Shown: positions 10,396 to 19,768, numbered from the stretch's first letter. The stretch: 61,744 nucleotides of DNA from an uncultured Bacteroidota bacterium (GCA_903879645.1 CAIRMK010000210.1:1-61744), one strand, 5' to 3'. The notes: generated from the sequence alone by a model not told the origin. Translations and numbers: made by a program.

Positions 10396-12963
10396 ATGGA
10401 ATCAATGATGATTTATGTGCCTATTGTAATGGCATTAATTGGATTAGCTTTTATGGCAATCAAAAGATCTTGGGTTTTAAAACAAGATGCCGGTGATGGA
10501 AAAATGAAAGAAATTTCAGATTACATCTATGAAGGTGCCTTGGCTTTCCTAAAAGCAGAATACAGATTATTAGCAATTTTTGTTGTTATAGCAAGTATTG
10601 TTTTAGCGGGTATTACTTTCTTACCAGGTGTTAAAACAGATATTTTAATTGTTGTAGCATTTATTTTTGGAGCTTTCTTTTCGGCTTTAGCTGGGAATAT
10701 GGGGATGAAAATTGCAACTAAAACTAACGTAAGAACTACGCAAGCAGCTCGTACAAGTTTGCCACAAGCATTAAAAGTTTCTTTTGGTGGTGGAACTGTA
10801 ATGGGATTAGGTGTTGCTGGTTTAGCAGTTTTAGGATTAACAGGATTTTTTATTGTTTTCTATACAATCTTCATGAAAGGAGCTTGGACTTCTACTGAAG
10901 ACATGACTAAAGTGCTTGAAACTTTAGCTGGTTTCTCTCTTGGAGCTGAATCTATCGCATTGTTTGCACGTGTTGGTGGTGGTATTTATACTAAAGCTGC
11001 TGACGTAGGTGCTGACTTAGTAGGTAAAGTTGAAGCTGGTATTCCAGAAGATGATCCACGTAACCCTGCTACAATTGCAGATAACGTTGGAGATAACGTA
11101 GGTGACGTTGCAGGTATGGGTGCCGATTTATTTGGTTCTTATGTAGCAACAGTTTTAGCTGCAATGGTTCTTGGTAATTATGTTATCAAAGATATGGGTG
11201 GAAATCTTAAAGATGCTTTCGGTGGAATTGGACCGATCTTATTGCCAATGTCTATTGCAGGTTTCGGAATTTTATTCTCAATCATTGGAACAATGGTTGT
11301 AAAAATATCTGATGATAACGCTAAAGAAGCACAAGTTCAAAAAGCATTAAATATTGGAAACTGGATTTCTATTGCATTAACAGCAATTGCTTGTTTTTTC
11401 TTAGTAAAATTCATGTTGCCAGAAACTATGAAGATGACTTTCTTTGGTGAAGGATTAAAAGATATCTCTTCAATGAGAGTTTTCTACGCTACAATTGTTG
11501 GATTAATTGTTGGTGGTGCTATTTCATCAGTAACAGAATATTATACAGGTTTAGGTACAAAACCAGTTTTGGCTATAGTACAAAAATCATCAACAGGTGC
11601 TGGAACTAACGTAATCGCAGGTTTAGCTACGGGTATGATTTCTACTTTCCCAACTGTATTATTATTTGCTGGTGCTATTTGGGCATCGTATGCATTTGCT
11701 GGTTTCTATGGTGTGGCTTTAGCGGCTTCTGCTATGATGGCTACAACAGCTATGCAATTAGCAATCGACGCTTTTGGACCAATCTCTGATAACGCTGGTG
11801 GAATTGCTGAAATGAGTGAATTGCCAAAAGAAGTTCGTACACGTACAGACATCTTGGATTCAGTAGGTAACACTACTGCTGCAACAGGAAAAGGTTTTGC
11901 TATCGCTTCTGCTGCATTAACATCTTTGGCTTTGTTTGCTGCTTATGTAACATTTACTGGAATTGATGGTATCAACATCTTCAAAGCACCAGTATTAGCC
12001 ATGTTGTTTGTTGGAGGTATGATTCCAGTAGTTTTCTCTGCATTAGCAATGAATTCTGTAGGTAAAGCCGCAATGGATATGGTATATGAAGTTCGTCGTC
12101 AGTTCAAAGAAATTCCAGGAATTATGGAAGGAACTGGTAAGCCAGAATATGGTAAATGTGTTGAGATTTCTACTAAAGCGGCATTACGTGAAATGATGTT
12201 ACCAGGAGTTTTAACTATTGGTTTCCCAATTGCAATTGTATTATTAGGTAAATTAGTTTACGGAGATAACAACCAATTAATTGCTGAAATGTTAGGTGGT
12301 TATATGGCAGGTGTAACAGTGTCAGGTGTACTTTGGGCTGTGTTTCAAAATAACGCTGGTGGTGCTTGGGACAATGCTAAAAAATCATTCGAAGCTGGTG
12401 TTGAAATCAACGGAGAAATGACTTTCAAAGGTTCTGATGCTCACAAAGCGGCGGTAACTGGAGATACAGTTGGAGATCCATTCAAAGATACTTCAGGTCC
12501 ATCTATGAACATCTTAATCAAATTAACTTGTTTGATTGGATTAGTAATTGCTCCTATCTTAGGAAACGGTTCTGCTCCAGAGGGAAAAGAAATGAAATGT
12601 ACTATCGAAATGAAATCATCTTGCTCAGAAGATATGGGTAAATGTGACATGGACAAATGTGCAACGATGACTAAAGACGAATGTTCAAAAATGTGCGATA
12701 GTCTTAAATGTACTCCAGAGCAAAAAGAAAAATGTTTATCTCACTATGATGCTAACGGAAAATATGTGGCTCCAAAAGAGTGTGAAGAAGGTGAAGGTAA
12801 ATCTTGTTGTGAAAAAGGAGATAAAAAAGTAAAAGTAGAAATGACCAATGAAAATGGTAAAGCAAAAGCTACGGTTACAACAACTGAAAAAGGGAATGTA
12901 AACAAACAAGTTTTTGAAGGTTCTTTGGAAGATGTGAAAGCAAAAGTAGAAGCTTTGAAATAG
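10396..12963 (+). CDS. hppA: K+-dependent, probably Na+-translocating membrane pyrophosphatase with Cys-rich C-terminal extension
   Basis: GGGIYTKAADVGADLVGKVEAGIPEDDPRNP, DNVGDNVGD, GNTTAA (Ala signature of K+-dependent enzymes), GDTVGDPFKDTSGP. Confidence 0.95.
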   Translation: MESMMIYVPIVMALIGLAFMAIKRSWVLKQDAGDGKMKEISDYIYEGALAFLKAEYRLLAIFVVIASIVLAGITFLPGVKTDILIVVAFIFGAFFSALAGNMGMKIATKTNVRTTQAARTSLPQALKVSFGGGTVMGLGVAGLAVLGLTGFFIVFYTIFMKGAWTSTEDMTKVLETLAGFSLGAESIALFARVGGGIYTKAADVGADLVGKVEAGIPEDDPRNPATIADNVGDNVGDVAGMGADLFGSYVATVLAAMVLGNYVIKDMGGNLKDAFGGIGPILLPMSIAGFGILFSIIGTMVVKISDDNAKEAQVQKALNIGNWISIALTAIACFFLVKFMLPETMKMTFFGEGLKDISSMRVFYATIVGLIVGGAISSVTEYYTGLGTKPVLAIVQKSSTGAGTNVIAGLATGMISTFPTVLLFAGAIWASYAFAGFYGVALAASAMMATTAMQLAIDAFGPISDNAGGIAEMSELPKEVRTRTDILDSVGNTTAATGKGFAIASAALTSLALFAAYVTFTGIDGINIFKAPVLAMLFVGGMIPVVFSALAMNSVGKAAMDMVYEVRRQFKEIPGIMEGTGKPEYGKCVEISTKAALREMMLPGVLTIGFPIAIVLLGKLVYGDNNQLIAEMLGGYMAGVTVSGVLWAVFQNNAGGAWDNAKKSFEAGVEINGEMTFKGSDAHKAAVTGDTVGDPFKDTSGPSMNILIKLTCLIGLVIAPILGNGSAPEGKEMKCTIEMKSSCSEDMGKCDMDKCATMTKDECSKMCDSLKCTPEQKEKCLSHYDANGKYVAPKECEEGEGKSCCEKGDKKVKVEMTNENGKAKATVTTTEKGNVNKQVFEGSLEDVKAKVEALK

Positions 12964-12980
12964 TACTTCGAAATTATAGA

Positions 12981-13016
12981 AAAAAAATGTCTCGCGAAAG
13001 CGAGACATTTTTTTTT
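12981..13016 (+). terminator. Intrinsic terminator (bidirectional shape)
   Basis: A7-TGTCTCGC-GAAA-GCGAGACA-T9. Confidence 0.88.
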
Positions 13017-13269
13017 GATTAAATTCCTGATAATTTCAAAATGAGTAACTATTTTCAATCAGAATATTTACGTTTATATTGATTATTTTAATTTATAATT
13101 GGAATTTTTACAGCGATTAGATTTTCAAAAAGTACTTTGTAAAACACAAATTAGAGATCTCTTATAAATAGTCATTCTTATCAATAAACTACAATTAATT
13201 TTTACTCCTTAATTTGTCAAATCCTTTCCGATAAACTACTTTTGCCGGAGTTTTAATTTCAAAACACTT

Positions 13270-14172
13270 TTGGAAACAAATCAGTCTACTTTATCTCCTT
13301 TAAAGATCTATCACGATTTTAAACAAATCACTAAAGCTGGATTGGCTATTAGCGTTGTTTTTTCTTCTATTGCTGGATATCTTTTAGGTTTTTCTGATCA
13401 GCATCCTTTTCGTTGGTTAACATTGTTTATGTTGGCAATAGGAGGGTATTGCATGGTTGGGGCATCAAATGCTTTTAATCAAGTAATCGAAAAAGACCTA
13501 GACGCTTTAATGGACAGAACTAAAAATCGCCCTGTAGCTTCAGGGAGAATGTCTCCTAATGTGGCTTTGTTTGTTGCCAGCCTACTTACCATTATAGGTT
13601 TAATACTTTTGTACTTAATCAATCCCAAAACAGCGATGTTTGGTGCGATATCCATATTTCTATATACGAGTGTTTATACACCCTTAAAAACCATTACGCC
13701 ATTATCGGTTTTTGTTGGTGCTTTTCCTGGAGCCATTCCTTTTATGTTGGGTTGGGTTGCAGCGACTGATCATTTTGGAATAGAAGCAGGGACATTATTT
13801 TTAATACAGTTCTTTTGGCAGTTTCCTCATTTTTGGGCAATCGGTTGGTTCTTGTTTGAAGATTATGAAAAAGCAGGTTTCTTTATGTTGCCAACAGGGC
13901 AAAGAGACAATAAAACAGCAACACAAATTATACTGTATTGCCTTTGGTTGATTGTAGCTTCATTGTTGCCTTATTTGGGTTTTACAGGTCAGCTTCATAT
14001 TAGTCTTGTTTCGGCACTATTAGTTTTTGTTTTAGGTTTATGGATGCTTCTTTATGCTGTGAAATTATACAAACAAAGAACACCTAAAGCAGCAAGAGTA
14101 TTAATGTTGGTGAGTGTTTCATACATTACCTTATTACAAATAATATATATAACAGATAAATTTTTACATTAG
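13270..14172 (+). CDS. cyoE: Protoheme IX farnesyltransferase (heme o synthase)
   Basis: NQVIEKDLDALMDRTKNRP, YTPLK, GAFPGAIP, WQFPHF; TTG start with TACTTTTG promoter at 13237-13244. Confidence 0.95.
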   Translation: METNQSTLSPLKIYHDFKQITKAGLAISVVFSSIAGYLLGFSDQHPFRWLTLFMLAIGGYCMVGASNAFNQVIEKDLDALMDRTKNRPVASGRMSPNVALFVASLLTIIGLILLYLINPKTAMFGAISIFLYTSVYTPLKTITPLSVFVGAFPGAIPFMLGWVAATDHFGIEAGTLFLIQFFWQFPHFWAIGWFLFEDYEKAGFFMLPTGQRDNKTATQIILYCLWLIVASLLPYLGFTGQLHISLVSALLVFVLGLWMLLYAVKLYKQRTPKAARVLMLVSVSYITLLQIIYITDKFLH

Positions 14173-14174
14173 TT

Positions 14175-14753
14175 ATGATGACAATAGAAGAACATAAAGC
14201 AAGAACATCAAGATCCTACAAGCTCTTGTTGATATTTGCAATGATTAGTATGACTATGATGTTTGCTGGTTTAACCAGTGCACTTGTAGTGAGTAAGTCA
14301 AGACCTGATTGGTTGACCAATTTTCAATTACCTTCAGCGTTTACGTATAGTTTAATCACTATACTATTGTGTAGCGTTACTTTTCATTTGGCAAAAAGAG
14401 CTATTAAAAAAGACGACAGAAAAGGGACAACAACCTTTTTATTGACCACATTAGTACTGGGATTTACCTTTGTTTTCTTCCAACTTCAAGGGTTTGGACA
14501 GTTATTTGAAAATCATTTATACCCTGTTGGAGGTTCGGGTTCTATTACTATTTCTTTTTTGTATGTGTTAGTGTATCTGCATCTTGCGCATCTTTCAGGT
14601 GGAATTATTTCATTATTAATTATAATTTATAATCATTTTAAACAAAAGTACAATTCCACACAATTTCTTGGTATTGAGCTAGGTGCAATGTATTGGCACT
14701 TTCTTGATTTCTTGTGGGTTTATTTATTTTTGTTTTTATATTTCTTTAAATAA
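14175..14753 (+). CDS. Cytochrome c oxidase subunit III family protein (short paralogue)
   Basis: MMFAGLTSA, LHLAH, YWHFLDFLWVYLF. Confidence 0.9.
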   Translation: MMTIEEHKARTSRSYKLLLIFAMISMTMMFAGLTSALVVSKSRPDWLTNFQLPSAFTYSLITILLCSVTFHLAKRAIKKDDRKGTTTFLLTTLVLGFTFVFFQLQGFGQLFENHLYPVGGSGSITISFLYVLVYLHLAHLSGGIISLLIIIYNHFKQKYNSTQFLGIELGAMYWHFLDFLWVYLFLFLYFFK

Positions 14754-14796
14754 GAAAAAAATGTAAATTTGAAAACTTTTTAACAAACAACTTTTT

Positions 14797-15831
14797 ATGG
14801 GATCGACAGTTACTACTGCAAATACTGTAGGAAAAACATGGGATGGCGGAAATGAGCCATTAGGAGCAAGTTACGGAAAATTAATGATGTGGTTTTTCAT
14901 CGTTTCAGATGCATTAACATTTTCAGGATTTTTAGCTGCTTACGGTTTTTCAAGATTTAAATTTATCGAAACATGGCCTTTGGCAGATGAAGTGTTTACT
15001 CACTTTCCGTTTGCTCATGGAGTAGCATTGCCAATGTATTATGTGGCTTTGATGACTTTCATCTTAATCTTCTCCTCTGTTACAATGGTATTGGCCGTTG
15101 ATGCAGGACATCATATGAAGCAAGGTAAGGTTGCATTTTACATGTTTTTAACCATCATTGGAGGATTAATCTTCGTTGGTTCTCAAGCATGGGAGTGGAA
15201 AAACTTTATTCATGGTGAATATGGTGCTGTTGAAACTAAAGGAGGAAGTATTCTTCAGTTTGTTGACAATACAGGTAAAAGAGTTGCCTTAGAAGAATTT
15301 GCAGATACTAGCATTCCTAAAGAAAGAGAGCAACTTACTAGAGGTAAAGGGAAATGGTTTATGGAAGAAGGATCATTGCCAACTTATTCTGTTGAGCAAG
15401 TGCAAGCGGGTTTTAAATCGCATCCTAATTTATTGGTACGAATTGAAACAATAAATACTCCAGAAACTATTTTAACTGCAAAAGGGTTGAACGAAAATGC
15501 ATCCTTGAACTCACCAAAACATAAATTTGTTTTATCAAGAGCAGAGTCTGAAAGAAGATTAGCTGATACTAAATTAGTAGTAGAAGGAGCTAACTTACAA
15601 AGAAACGAATACGGAAGTAAATTGTTCGCTGATTTCTTCTTCTTCATTACTGGTTTCCACGGATTCCACGTATTCTCTGGAGTTATGATTAATATCATTA
15701 TTTTCATCAACGTTCTTTTAGGAACGTATGAAAAAAGAAGAACCTATGAAATGATTGAAAAAGTTGGACTTTACTGGCACTTTGTCGATTTAGTTTGGGT
15801 TTTCGTATTTACATTCTTCTACTTAGTTTAA
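14797..15831 (+). CDS. Cytochrome c oxidase subunit III with large soluble insertion
   Basis: KLMMWFFIVSDALTF, TGFHGFHV, GLYWHFVDLVWVFVF. Confidence 0.92.
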   Translation: MGSTVTTANTVGKTWDGGNEPLGASYGKLMMWFFIVSDALTFSGFLAAYGFSRFKFIETWPLADEVFTHFPFAHGVALPMYYVALMTFILIFSSVTMVLAVDAGHHMKQGKVAFYMFLTIIGGLIFVGSQAWEWKNFIHGEYGAVETKGGSILQFVDNTGKRVALEEFADTSIPKEREQLTRGKGKWFMEEGSLPTYSVEQVQAGFKSHPNLLVRIETINTPETILTAKGLNENASLNSPKHKFVLSRAESERRLADTKLVVEGANLQRNEYGSKLFADFFFFITGFHGFHVFSGVMINIIIFINVLLGTYEKRRTYEMIEKVGLYWHFVDLVWVFVFTFFYLV

Positions 15832-15852
15832 TATTTTTAGAAATTATATATT

Positions 15853-16203
15853 ATGTCACACGAACACGTTTCTAATACAAAAAGAATTTGGATGGTTTTT
15901 GGAATACTATCTGTTGTAACAACAGTGGAAGTATTTTTAGGAATTCAAAAACCTGCAGCATTACACATGACTAATATTTTAGGCATGAATTTATTGAACT
16001 GGATATTCATTATCCTTACAATTTTTAAAGCTTATTACATTGTTTGGGCTTTCATGCACATGGAAGGCGAAACTACAACGTTGAGAAGAGCTGTAGTTTG
16101 GACTGTAATTTTCTTAATTTTATACCTAGTTTTTATTTTGTTAACAGAAGGAAACTATATATTTCAGGTATTTAGAGATGCCACTATTAAGTGGAATTTT
16201 TAA
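15853..16203 (+). CDS. Cytochrome c oxidase subunit IV family protein
   Basis: Three TM segments, KAYYIVWAFMHM motif, operon context. Confidence 0.85.
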   Translation: MSHEHVSNTKRIWMVFGILSVVTTVEVFLGIQKPAALHMTNILGMNLLNWIFIILTIFKAYYIVWAFMHMEGETTTLRRAVVWTVIFLILYLVFILLTEGNYIFQVFRDATIKWNF

Positions 16204-16220
16204 CACTATATTAATTCAAG

Positions 16221-16250
16221 AAAAAGGTACGCAATTGCGTACCTTTTTTT
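16221..16250 (+). terminator. Intrinsic terminator
   Basis: AAAAAGGTACGCAATTGCGTACCTTTTT perfect inverted repeat. Confidence 0.8.
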
Positions 16251-16280
16251 ATTTTTGTAACACCAAATTTTCAAGATACC

Positions 16281-16937
16281 ATGAAAAAGAATATTGTTCT
16301 CTTTATATTATTCATCCTTCCTATAGTTGCGTATCTTTTTTTTGCATCTGGAATTAATAGTTTTGCCAAACTTCCTACAATAACCAAGAACATTCCTGAA
16401 TTAAACAATTGGAAAACCTTAGATGATAAACCGGTAGTGTTAACTAATAAGATAACAATTCTTGGTTTTATTGGGCAAGATGTTTTGAAACACAAAGGCA
16501 ACTTCTTTAATCTGTATGAAAAGATATTTGATAGAAATAAAAACTTCAAAGATTTTCAAATGGTGATGATTATGCCCGATGGAACGCAAGACCAAGTAAG
16601 GGAACTCCAAAAAGACTTATTAAAATTAGGGACCCAAGCAGGATGGAATTTTGCTTTTGGAACTCCAGAACAAATTAATTCCTTTTATGATAAATTGAAA
16701 TTAGTAGGTAAGCTCGATGCAAGTTTGGGAACGCCAAATGTTTTTATCATTGATAAGAAAAGAAATTTAAGAGGCAGAAAAGGACATGATGAAAAAGGAA
16801 AGCCTGAATACAAAGAAGGCTATAACACCATTTTTGTATCCGAATTGTATAACGAAATGACCGATGACGTTAAAATCATCTTAGCTGAATATCGTTTGGC
16901 ATTAAAAAAGAATCACAACGCAACAAGAGAACTATAA
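16281..16937 (+). CDS. Membrane-anchored SCO-like thioredoxin-fold protein lacking CxxxC
   Basis: N-terminal TM; WNFAFG and VFIIDKKRNLRG parallel the adjacent SCO protein; no cysteines. Confidence 0.65.
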   Translation: MKKNIVLFILFILPIVAYLFFASGINSFAKLPTITKNIPELNNWKTLDDKPVVLTNKITILGFIGQDVLKHKGNFFNLYEKIFDRNKNFKDFQMVMIMPDGTQDQVRELQKDLLKLGTQAGWNFAFGTPEQINSFYDKLKLVGKLDASLGTPNVFIIDKKRNLRGRKGHDEKGKPEYKEGYNTIFVSELYNEMTDDVKIILAEYRLALKKNHNATREL

Positions 16938-16940
16938 GCG

Positions 16941-17621
16941 ATGAAAAACAAATCCTACATTGGAATTTCATTTATTATCTTGATTTTCGGAATCATCTTT
17001 ATTCCTAAAATTATTGATAGAATAAAAAATGGAACGATTGTTCAGAATGACAGAATGAGCCTTTCTAATGAAATAGTAAAAGGAGAAACTTTACAAAAGG
17101 TCGGTCCAGCACCTAAATTTGAATTGACTGATCAAAACAATACCAAAATCTCTAACAAGAATTATGAAGGGAAAGTCTATGTGTTAGAATTTTTCTTTTC
17201 CACTTGTCCTTCCATTTGTCCAAGGATGAATAAAAACATGATTCAAATTCAGAATAAGTTCTTGGAAAACGGGAATTTTGCCATCGCCTCTATTACTATT
17301 AATCCAGAGAATGATACGCCAGCAGTTTTAAAAGAACATGCCAAAAAACTGGGAGTTACTTCTGACAATTGGCATTTCCTTACAGGCAATAAAGAAGATA
17401 TATTTAACTTGGCCAACAAAGGATTTAATCTGTATGTTGGAGAAAACAATAAAGCGGTTGGCAATTTTGAACACTCAGGGCTTTTTGCGCTGATTGATAA
17501 AAAAGGAAACATCCGTTGCAGAAAAGACCAACAAGGAAATCCAATCATCTATTATGATGGACTTGAAAAAGAAGGCGTACAAGCAATAGAAGACGATATT
17601 AAAGTATTATTAAACGAATAA
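16941..17621 (+). CDS. SCO1/SenC copper chaperone
   Basis: FFFSTCPSICP, NPENDTP, WHFLTG, EHSG. Confidence 0.93.
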   Translation: MKNKSYIGISFIILIFGIIFIPKIIDRIKNGTIVQNDRMSLSNEIVKGETLQKVGPAPKFELTDQNNTKISNKNYEGKVYVLEFFFSTCPSICPRMNKNMIQIQNKFLENGNFAIASITINPENDTPAVLKEHAKKLGVTSDNWHFLTGNKEDIFNLANKGFNLYVGENNKAVGNFEHSGLFALIDKKGNIRCRKDQQGNPIIYYDGLEKEGVQAIEDDIKVLLNE

Positions 17622-17623
17622 TC

Positions 17624-18166
17624 ATGGAAAATAAAGCAGTAGAAAATAAATTTAGAACACCCATTATCATTGTTTCAATAGTAATTCCGGTGGCGGTAGC
17701 CCTACTTTTTAGTGTGCGTCTTAAAGATTTTGGAATCAATGTAGCACCGCTATCCTTTTTACCTCCCATATATGCTACCATAAACGGAATTACAGCCATC
17801 CTTTTGCTTTTGGCAGTAAATGCTATTAAAAAAGGAAAGCGACTTTTACATGAACGATTAATGACTGCTGCTATTGCTTGTTCAGTTGTTTTCTTAGTGA
17901 TGTATGTTGCTTACCACATGACTGCCGAAGCGACTAAGTTTGGTGGCGAAGGAGCGATTCGATATGTTTACTTTTTTTTATTAATTTCACATATCATTTT
18001 GTCCATTTCAATTATTCCTTTAGTACTTTTTACTTATGTAAGAGCGTTGTCTGAACAATTTGATAAACATAAAAAACTAGCCAAAATTACTTTCCCGTTG
18101 TGGCTTTATGTTGCGGTTACAGGCGTTATTGTTTATCTAATGATTGCTCCTTATTATGCTAATTAA
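17624..18166 (+). CDS. DUF420 membrane protein (cytochrome oxidase-associated)
   Basis: HERLM, FLVMYVAYH, LISHIILS, HKKLAKITFPLWLYVAVTG. Confidence 0.88.
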   Translation: MENKAVENKFRTPIIIVSIVIPVAVALLFSVRLKDFGINVAPLSFLPPIYATINGITAILLLLAVNAIKKGKRLLHERLMTAAIACSVVFLVMYVAYHMTAEATKFGGEGAIRYVYFFLLISHIILSISIIPLVLFTYVRALSEQFDKHKKLAKITFPLWLYVAVTGVIVYLMIAPYYAN

Positions 18167-18431
18167 ATTTTTAGAAAATAGAAAAAAGAATATAGAAAAT
18201 AGACCATCTTCTATAAAAGTAATCGTCTATATTCTATTCTCTATATTCTATTCTCTTAGCACAAATGCGCAATGCGCTATGTGTCGTGCTTCTTTAGAAA
18301 GCGAAGGGAATAATGCAAAAGTAATAGCCGTTAATGATGGAATTATCTATCTGATGGTTATTCCGTATCTGCTTGTGGGCATTGTGGGAATTGTAGTCTA
18401 TAGAATGTACAGCAAGAAAAAACAACAGTAG
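18156..18431 (+). CDS. Small exported/membrane protein with AQCAMC (CxxC) motif
   Basis: Signal peptide ending TNA-QCAMC, then NDGIIYLM and a C-terminal TM with a basic tail; ATG at 18156 overlaps the end of the DUF420 gene. Confidence 0.75.
   Translation: MLIKFLENRKKNIENRPSSIKVIVYILFSIFYSLSTNAQCAMCRASLESEGNNAKVIAVNDGIIYLMVIPYLLVGIVGIVVYRMYSKKKQQ
18172..18257. repeat. 7-nt-periodic inverted repeat (TAGAAAA-type left arm, TATTCTA/TTCTCTA right arm)
   Basis: Four heptamers + TAGAC, 20-nt loop, GTCTA + four complementary-type heptamers. Confidence 0.75.
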
Positions 18432-18473
18432 TTATAATTATGTAATTGAAGTATCGTTTCAATAGTAATGGTT

Positions 18474-19184
18474 TTAGAAATTAAAGGTTGTAATTATAGG
18501 AGAGTGGTCACTTAAATGATTCCATTTTTCAAATGGTTCAATGATAATGTTGTTTAGATTGTTAAGAAATGAGGTAGAAGCGAAATAATAGTCTATATGA
18601 TAAGGTTTTAGTAAGTTTCTATGTAAATAAAATGTAGGACATGATTCTTTTCCTTGTTGTTCATTTGTGAATTTATGATATAAACTATGAATTCCAATTT
18701 CTTCCAATTCGCGTACAACATCAGAATGATTCCACCATCTATCCCATTCATCCCAAATTACATTACTATTGAAATCTCCGGTAATTATCGAATTATTAAA
18801 ATTTATTTTATTAATCTGTAAATACTTCCAAAATTGACCAATGTAACCAAAATTAGGGGATTTATTTTGATGAGTCCAAACAGCGAGAAGTTCAAATTGT
18901 TCATTTATGAGACAAGGTAAAAAGTGTTTTACTTTATGATCTTTATAATTATCAGACCAATCTAATAACTTTAAATTAGTATTTTCTTTAGCAAAAATTC
19001 CAAGCCCTTTATTTTTGGGGTCACCAATCCACAAATAATTATTGGCCCATTGGATGTATTTATGATCTTTAGTTTCTGCTGGATTTTCACATTCTTGTAT
19101 AACAAAGATATCAGCGCTTAAATCAATAAGGCTTTCAAATTTTTTTCGAAATGCTCCATTACAATTCCAAGTTATTATTTTCAT
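18474..19184 (-). CDS. Endonuclease/exonuclease/phosphatase (EEP, ExoIII-like) family protein
   Basis: TWNCN, DIFVIQEC, GDFN, HIDY and SDH catalytic motifs. Confidence 0.9.
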   Translation of the reverse strand: MKIITWNCNGAFRKKFESLIDLSADIFVIQECENPAETKDHKYIQWANNYLWIGDPKNKGLGIFAKENTNLKLLDWSDNYKDHKVKHFLPCLINEQFELLAVWTHQNKSPNFGYIGQFWKYLQINKINFNNSIITGDFNSNVIWDEWDRWWNHSDVVRELEEIGIHSLYHKFTNEQQGKESCPTFYLHRNLLKPYHIDYYFASTSFLNNLNNIIIEPFEKWNHLSDHSPIITTFNF

Positions 19185-19491
19185 TTAGCACTGTTTTGTA
19201 TGTAATATTAGTTAATTAAATAAAATAAGAATTAACTAAAGTATATAGACAAACATTTTTTAGATTATTTACACTTATTTATAATTTGTTTACGCTACAT
19301 AATTAATCGTTTAAAACAAATGTACTTAATAGTAAGACTTGAAAACTTTCTGCAAATTAAAAAAAGCATGCTTTTTTATAGATGTAAATGTTCAATAATT
19401 GCAACTTGCAAATTTTATTTTAAATCTAATAGAGGTATATTTTTTATTTAAGTAGGTTCCATAATGAGGTTAAATAATGTTTACTAGGGCC

Positions 19492-19768
19492 TCGCAAAGT
19501 TGCTGGCGGCCAAGAAACATTTTTAGGGGGTCAGCAACAATTCTCGGGGGTCAGCAACGTTGCTGGAGGCGTCAGCAACATTGCTGGGGGGCTTCCAACG
19601 TTGCTGGAGGTGTCAGCAACATTGCTAGAGGCGTCAGCAACATTGCTAGGGGGGCTTCCAGCGTTGCTGGAGGCGTCAGCAACATTTCTGGGGGGGCTTC
19701 CAATGTTGCTGGAGGTATCAGCAACATTGCTGAGGGGGTATTTAGAATTTTCAGTGAGATATTATTTG
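19492..19768 (+). repeat. GC-rich tandem array of 12 near-palindromic units (period 20-21 bp) with conserved 3' flank; element copy 1
   Basis: 14-bp cores start at 19492, 19512, 19532, 19552, 19573, 19593, 19614, 19635, 19656, 19677, 19698 and 19719. Consensus is CAGCAACRTTGCTG or TTCCAACGTTGCTG, with GAGGCGT or GGGGG(G)Y linkers. Confidence 0.93.

Noticed and set aside
19492-19739. CRISPR array interpretation
   Set aside because: Linkers are 6-7 nt and repetitive rather than unique spacers, the cores vary, and there are no cas genes in the window.
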